A stretch of DNA of 64,000 nt. Origin: Candidatus Poribacteria bacterium. GTDB lineage: Bacteria; Poribacteria; WGA-4E; UBA9662. The translations under genes and the position numbers were made by a program. The notes beneath the pieces are model-generated. The model was not told the origin of the DNA. It worked only from the letters and a program-made list of their open reading frames with translations, and did not search any database. Shown in pieces: positions 60,150-64,000 of the stretch. The stretch spans positions 64,001 through 128,000 of the forward strand of contig JAYGDX010000027.1 of assembly GCA_046582655.1 (NCBI GenBank), written 5' to 3'. How positions within the stretch are numbered: position 1 is the stretch's first letter; each line of letters begins with the position of its first letter.

Positions 60150-60520
60150 GCGGCTTCATTAGATAGCAATGTTGAAATGGTGCGGATGCTGGAGATTGGG
60201 ACCACGCCCTGCGGGGAACTTGACAAGATTGAGGCGGGTCCCGTGGTTAGTGCGCATTGGTTGCCAAGCATACTGATTGGGAAATCCAAGTTCATCATAC
60301 GTGCCAGAAGGAATTCGATGGCTCCGGATATGTGCAATAACGGTCTTTTGCTGGTTGACCCAGCACATGAGGTCAATAACGATGATTTTTCATCGTGCAA
60401 GTTAATGACGAAATTACTGCTATGGGAGTGATACAGCCAGGAAATCGCATGATTTTGATGCCACATAGAGATCAAATGGTTATGGTCAACAGAAATTCGG
60501 TTATGTTACCACCATGATTC
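60150..60520 (+). pseudogene. LexA/CI-like peptidase S24 remnant
   Basis: IG..PCG (cleavage-site-like), FIIRARRNSMAP...LLLVDP, then frameshifted VNDEITA. No intact HTH. Confidence 0.5.
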
Positions 60521-60602
60521 GAACATTCAGCAGGTTAATGCAGACATGGATAGCTAAAAGAGGAACGGAACCGAGACAATTTGCAAATAAAAATACTCTG
60601 CC

Positions 60603-61526
60603 GTGCGAAATAATTCATCGGTCTTTCAATTCGGGCTAATCTCAGATATTCATAAGGATGTTATCCATGATGCGGACGGTCGTCTGCGCACCTTTATCCA
60701 GTCTGCGCAGACCAATCAGGTAGATTTTATCCTACAGATGGGAGACTTTTGCATCCCAATCCCAGAGAATCTGCCTTTTTTGGATATCTGGTACCAGTTT
60801 GAAGGACCCAAATATCATGTTCTTGGCAATCACGATATGGATGGTGATGGGCACCAAAAGCCAGATGGAGCTTACGCATTCACGCCAGAAGAAACAATGA
60901 CCTTCTGGGGAATGCCGACGAGGTACTATGCTTTTGATCATGCAGGCGTTCATTTTATAATCTTAGACGGCAACGACAAACCTGTAGATCCAAGTGGTTA
61001 TTATGAATATATTGCACCAGATCAAATTGATTGGCTAAAATCGGATCTGACCAACACAGACCTTCCTGTAATCATCTTTTGTCACCAAAATCTAGCCCGC
61101 CAGGACGGTTTGGTCAATCAGCCGGAAGTTCACGCTGTTTTTGATGGTGCCAATAAACAAGTGGGGAAATCAAAGATAATCGCCTGTTTTACCGGCCACG
61201 ACCACCGAGACTACGTACGTCAACTGGATGGGATTATCTATGCTCAGATCAATAGCGCCTCCTACCACTGGTTGGGAGGTGATTACATTTGTCAAAGGTA
61301 TAGCCAGAAGATCGATGTCCAGTACCCGTATATCAAGTATACTTTGCCTTACAGAAATGCACTTTATGCTATCGTAACAGTCAACATGGCTGAGCGATTC
61401 ATCAAGATTGAAGGTATAGAAAGCGAATTTGTCGGTCCACCTCCTTGGGAATTGGATGATACGCCCAAGAATTTGGATACTGAATCATTAAATCCTGCAA
61501 TTTCAGGTTGGCAGTTATCATTCTGA
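60603..61526 (+). CDS. Calcineurin-like metallophosphoesterase
   Basis: SDIH, MGDF, GNHD, FCHQ and GHDH. Confidence 0.9.
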   Translation: MRNNSSVFQFGLISDIHKDVIHDADGRLRTFIQSAQTNQVDFILQMGDFCIPIPENLPFLDIWYQFEGPKYHVLGNHDMDGDGHQKPDGAYAFTPEETMTFWGMPTRYYAFDHAGVHFIILDGNDKPVDPSGYYEYIAPDQIDWLKSDLTNTDLPVIIFCHQNLARQDGLVNQPEVHAVFDGANKQVGKSKIIACFTGHDHRDYVRQLDGIIYAQINSASYHWLGGDYICQRYSQKIDVQYPYIKYTLPYRNALYAIVTVNMAERFIKIEGIESEFVGPPPWELDDTPKNLDTESLNPAISGWQLSF

Positions 61527-61704
61527 TGGCGATATGGTGAAAAATAAGCGTGTATGAATACTCTGCTGTGGAATCTATTTTGAACGGATTGATTGACTGA
61601 ATATGGGTTATGAAAGGTGTTGGCATATGTCAAACAGATGGAAACATCCTGCATGATTATCATTCGTTATATTCAAATATAAAGGTGGTTGAGGAAAGTC
61701 TCAA

Positions 61705-62913
61705 ATGAATGAAAAGCAACGTCGAGATATTCTTAAAATGTATAGACCCCAACAATTGTTTCCTGCCGAACCCAACTTGGGAGCTTGGTACACAGAAGAA
61801 GAGGTAAAGGTTGCCACAAAGGCCATTCGTGATTCCATGGACTGGCGGATTGGATTTGGATTCATCGTTGATGAAATCCTTGACTTCGAGCAGTCCTTTG
61901 CCAATTATTGTGGCACTGAATTCGCAATTTCACTTAGTACTGCGAGTGTTGGACTCGATCTAGCGATGGGCAGTCTTGATTTGGAACCAGGAGATGAGGT
62001 TATCTGTCCAGCTATCAATTTCAAAGCGTCACCGCTAGCTGTGTTGGGGCAACGAGCGAATCTGGTGTTTTGCGAGATCGACCCACGCACTTTTAACTGT
62101 GACCCTGCTGACCTTGAACAACGGATTACTCCGAAAACACGAGCGATCTTTCCAGTTCACATGAATGGTCTTTCTGCACCAATGGATGATCTATTGGATA
62201 TCGCCGAGTGTCATCCACACCCGATTCACGGCCCTCTGAAAGTGATTGGCGACGCAGCCCGTGCTTGTGGTGGTGGATATAAAGAAACCAAGGTTGGAAA
62301 GAAAGGTTGGATGAACGTGTTCAGCTTCCACACAATGAAACTGATGACGACGCTTGGGGAGGGTGGTATGATTACTACAGATGATGCAGAATTGGCAAAA
62401 CGCTTACGCGGGATTCGGCAGTGGGGCAATGATTCTGGAACTTGGGGATCAAGCTATAAGATGACCAAAGTGCAAGCGGCTGTAGGGAGCGTGCAGTTAC
62501 GTCGTCTTGATGCTATGATCGAGCAACGTGTGAAACGCGCCCACGACCGCTTGCAGATGTTAGAAGGGATACCGGAACTTACTTTAACATTTGAACCGCC
62601 AGACTGTGATCATACATTCTATTTATTTACGCTGTTAGTTCCCCCCAAATGGGGAGGAGAAAAGCGGGATCGGCTTTGTCAAATGCTTCGGGAGGAATAT
62701 AACGTTGGCACGATGGTGGCAAATCCTCCTGTTTGGGAAGCCCAACCGTACATTCATGCGCAAACCGCCGGTCAGATAGAAACGCTCCCAGTCTCGGTGG
62801 AAACGGCGAAACGATTATTTTGTATCTCGTTGCATCCATTAATGAATGAGGAGGAAAACACATATGTCGCCGCTGCCATTTGGGATGCAGTTGAGAGGGT
62901 GAGAAAGATATAG
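61705..62913 (+). CDS. DegT/DnrJ/EryC1/StrS family PLP aminotransferase
   Basis: PVHMNG, DAARA, SFHTMKLMTTLGEGG and YKMT.VQAAVG. Confidence 0.92.
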   Translation: MNEKQRRDILKMYRPQQLFPAEPNLGAWYTEEEVKVATKAIRDSMDWRIGFGFIVDEILDFEQSFANYCGTEFAISLSTASVGLDLAMGSLDLEPGDEVICPAINFKASPLAVLGQRANLVFCEIDPRTFNCDPADLEQRITPKTRAIFPVHMNGLSAPMDDLLDIAECHPHPIHGPLKVIGDAARACGGGYKETKVGKKGWMNVFSFHTMKLMTTLGEGGMITTDDAELAKRLRGIRQWGNDSGTWGSSYKMTKVQAAVGSVQLRRLDAMIEQRVKRAHDRLQMLEGIPELTLTFEPPDCDHTFYLFTLLVPPKWGGEKRDRLCQMLREEYNVGTMVANPPVWEAQPYIHAQTAGQIETLPVSVETAKRLFCISLHPLMNEEENTYVAAAIWDAVERVRKI

Positions 62914-63889
62914 ATTTTTGGGTGCTAATCGCAATTGTCGCTAACAGAAATATCTTCCTTACTTCATTGGAGAGGGCGGCATCATACAAATCCGAACGGG
63001 TGCTTGATGGAATTGTTGTTCAGGGATTAAACATAGTCTTGACCAAGAAGTTTATTTTATAAAACTAGTATTTATTCAATTGTTATTGTCATTTGAGTAC
63101 CATATGGCCCGAATGTCTGATTAGGTTTTAGACAAAGAAGTTGCAGCATGGTACTCGCCTGATTCTGTTTACAGTTTAACGTCTCACCCATTTGGCACGC
63201 TTCATATTGGACATCAGCAAGTTAGTAAGTTGTGCTCTCTCCAAAACAATCAGGAATGATGGCGTCAACTGGAGATTGACCATGTCCAGCTTTTGGTTGA
63301 CGATCTCTCTTGCATCTACTATCATCAACGTGAGTAGGAACTTCCAGACCTACTGAGTTCATCTATCTAAATGGTCTCCACTTATAGAATACCTATTAGA
63401 TACTCCTAGATGTATAATAAATTTACTGTCATAATCGGGCCGGATATAACCATCCGCGACTTGCTAGAACTAGATGAAGTCTTCCGGTCTAGATCCTTGT
63501 CCGGATGCACACTGAGCGACACCGAAATCTGTAACTCAAATTATTGCTGAACCGGATTTAGACCACTGTCCAATTGGATTCTTGTTTCAGGAAGAGGACC
63601 CTACACTGAGAAGAAGAACACTATTTCGTTGGAAGGGGAGGCCTCTACCTGTGCCTGATTGAGGGTAAGGAGGACAAAAAGGGGGCTTTTTAATGCCAAG
63701 AGTGAGGGTGCAATTATCACTCAGGATGGTGTTTGATAGACCACCGAATGGAAGCATGTGTACGAAATTTATCCCCGGTGCATTGCCAACGTGGATGACA
63801 AGTATTGTAATGATGCATGAAGCGACTTGATTTTCCGTAGTCAAGATATAAGGCGCGATTATCTTGCTACTAACTTCAGAGGACAGGAA

Positions 63890-64000
63890 ATGACTTACCA
63901 AACGCTAGATACATTGAGATTTGATAATCGCTTTACCCTTGACCTGCCTGCCGATCCCGAAACTGAAAACTACTGTCGGCAGGTAAGGAGGGCTTGTTAT
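63890..64000 (+). CDS. selO: Protein adenylyltransferase SelO/YdiU, N-terminus only (runs off the window)
   Basis: MTYQTLDTLRFDNRFTLDLPADPETENYCRQVRRACY matches the FDN.F...LP.D.....RQV..AC start of SelO. Confidence 0.75.
   Translation, partial: MTYQTLDTLRFDNRFTLDLPADPETENYCRQVRRACY

Noticed and set aside
61689..61702. GAGGAAAGTC resembling the RNase P RNA P4 motif
   Set aside because: It sits immediately before the degT start and is best read as the RBS. There is no room for the rest of rnpB.
62950..63880. Long non-coding stretch with faint tyrosine-recombinase-like words on the minus strand (G.RPE…, LTP.F)
   Set aside because: Too degraded and stop-ridden to support a call by eye. A translated search would be needed.

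Overview
Bacterial chromosomal window. The secreted protein with a dockerin plus an LLQNYPNPFNPETWIPF C-terminal domain, together with PhyH, Gfo/Idh/MocA, sulfatase and TPR genes, suggests Candidatus Poribacteria; this is inference only. The left half (1-33 kb) is accessory and catabolic: a HEAT-repeat protein, a transhydrogenase, several decayed genes and IS remnants (IS5, IS701, IS30), three copies of a ~120-bp MITE, a DUF4178-DUF350-DUF2617-membrane spermidine-synthase operon led by two uncharacterised genes, and a Tat-exported PaoABC-like molybdoenzyme followed by a small Cys-rich protein and DUF1326. The centre (33.8-49 kb) is an intact housekeeping block: rpsT, mtaB, rsmE, rpe, PASTA protein, fmt, lspA, ileS-like, yggT, proC, yggS, tatAC, amidase, pgeF, dut. 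The standout observation is that the gene at the canonical ileS position is an uninterrupted 787-codon IleRS-fold ORF that has lost essentially every catalytic motif (HIGH, KMSKS, GWDCHG, TTTPWT, DWCISRQ, EGSDQ), making it a candidate repurposed pseudo-synthetase. The right end holds a Re-citrate-synthase-like gene, acpP, a GlmU-like gene, nagB, sugar/aminosugar genes, more pseudogenes and the start of selO. No rRNA, tRNA or CRISPR array was seen. All family calls come from motif recognition by eye, with no database searches.
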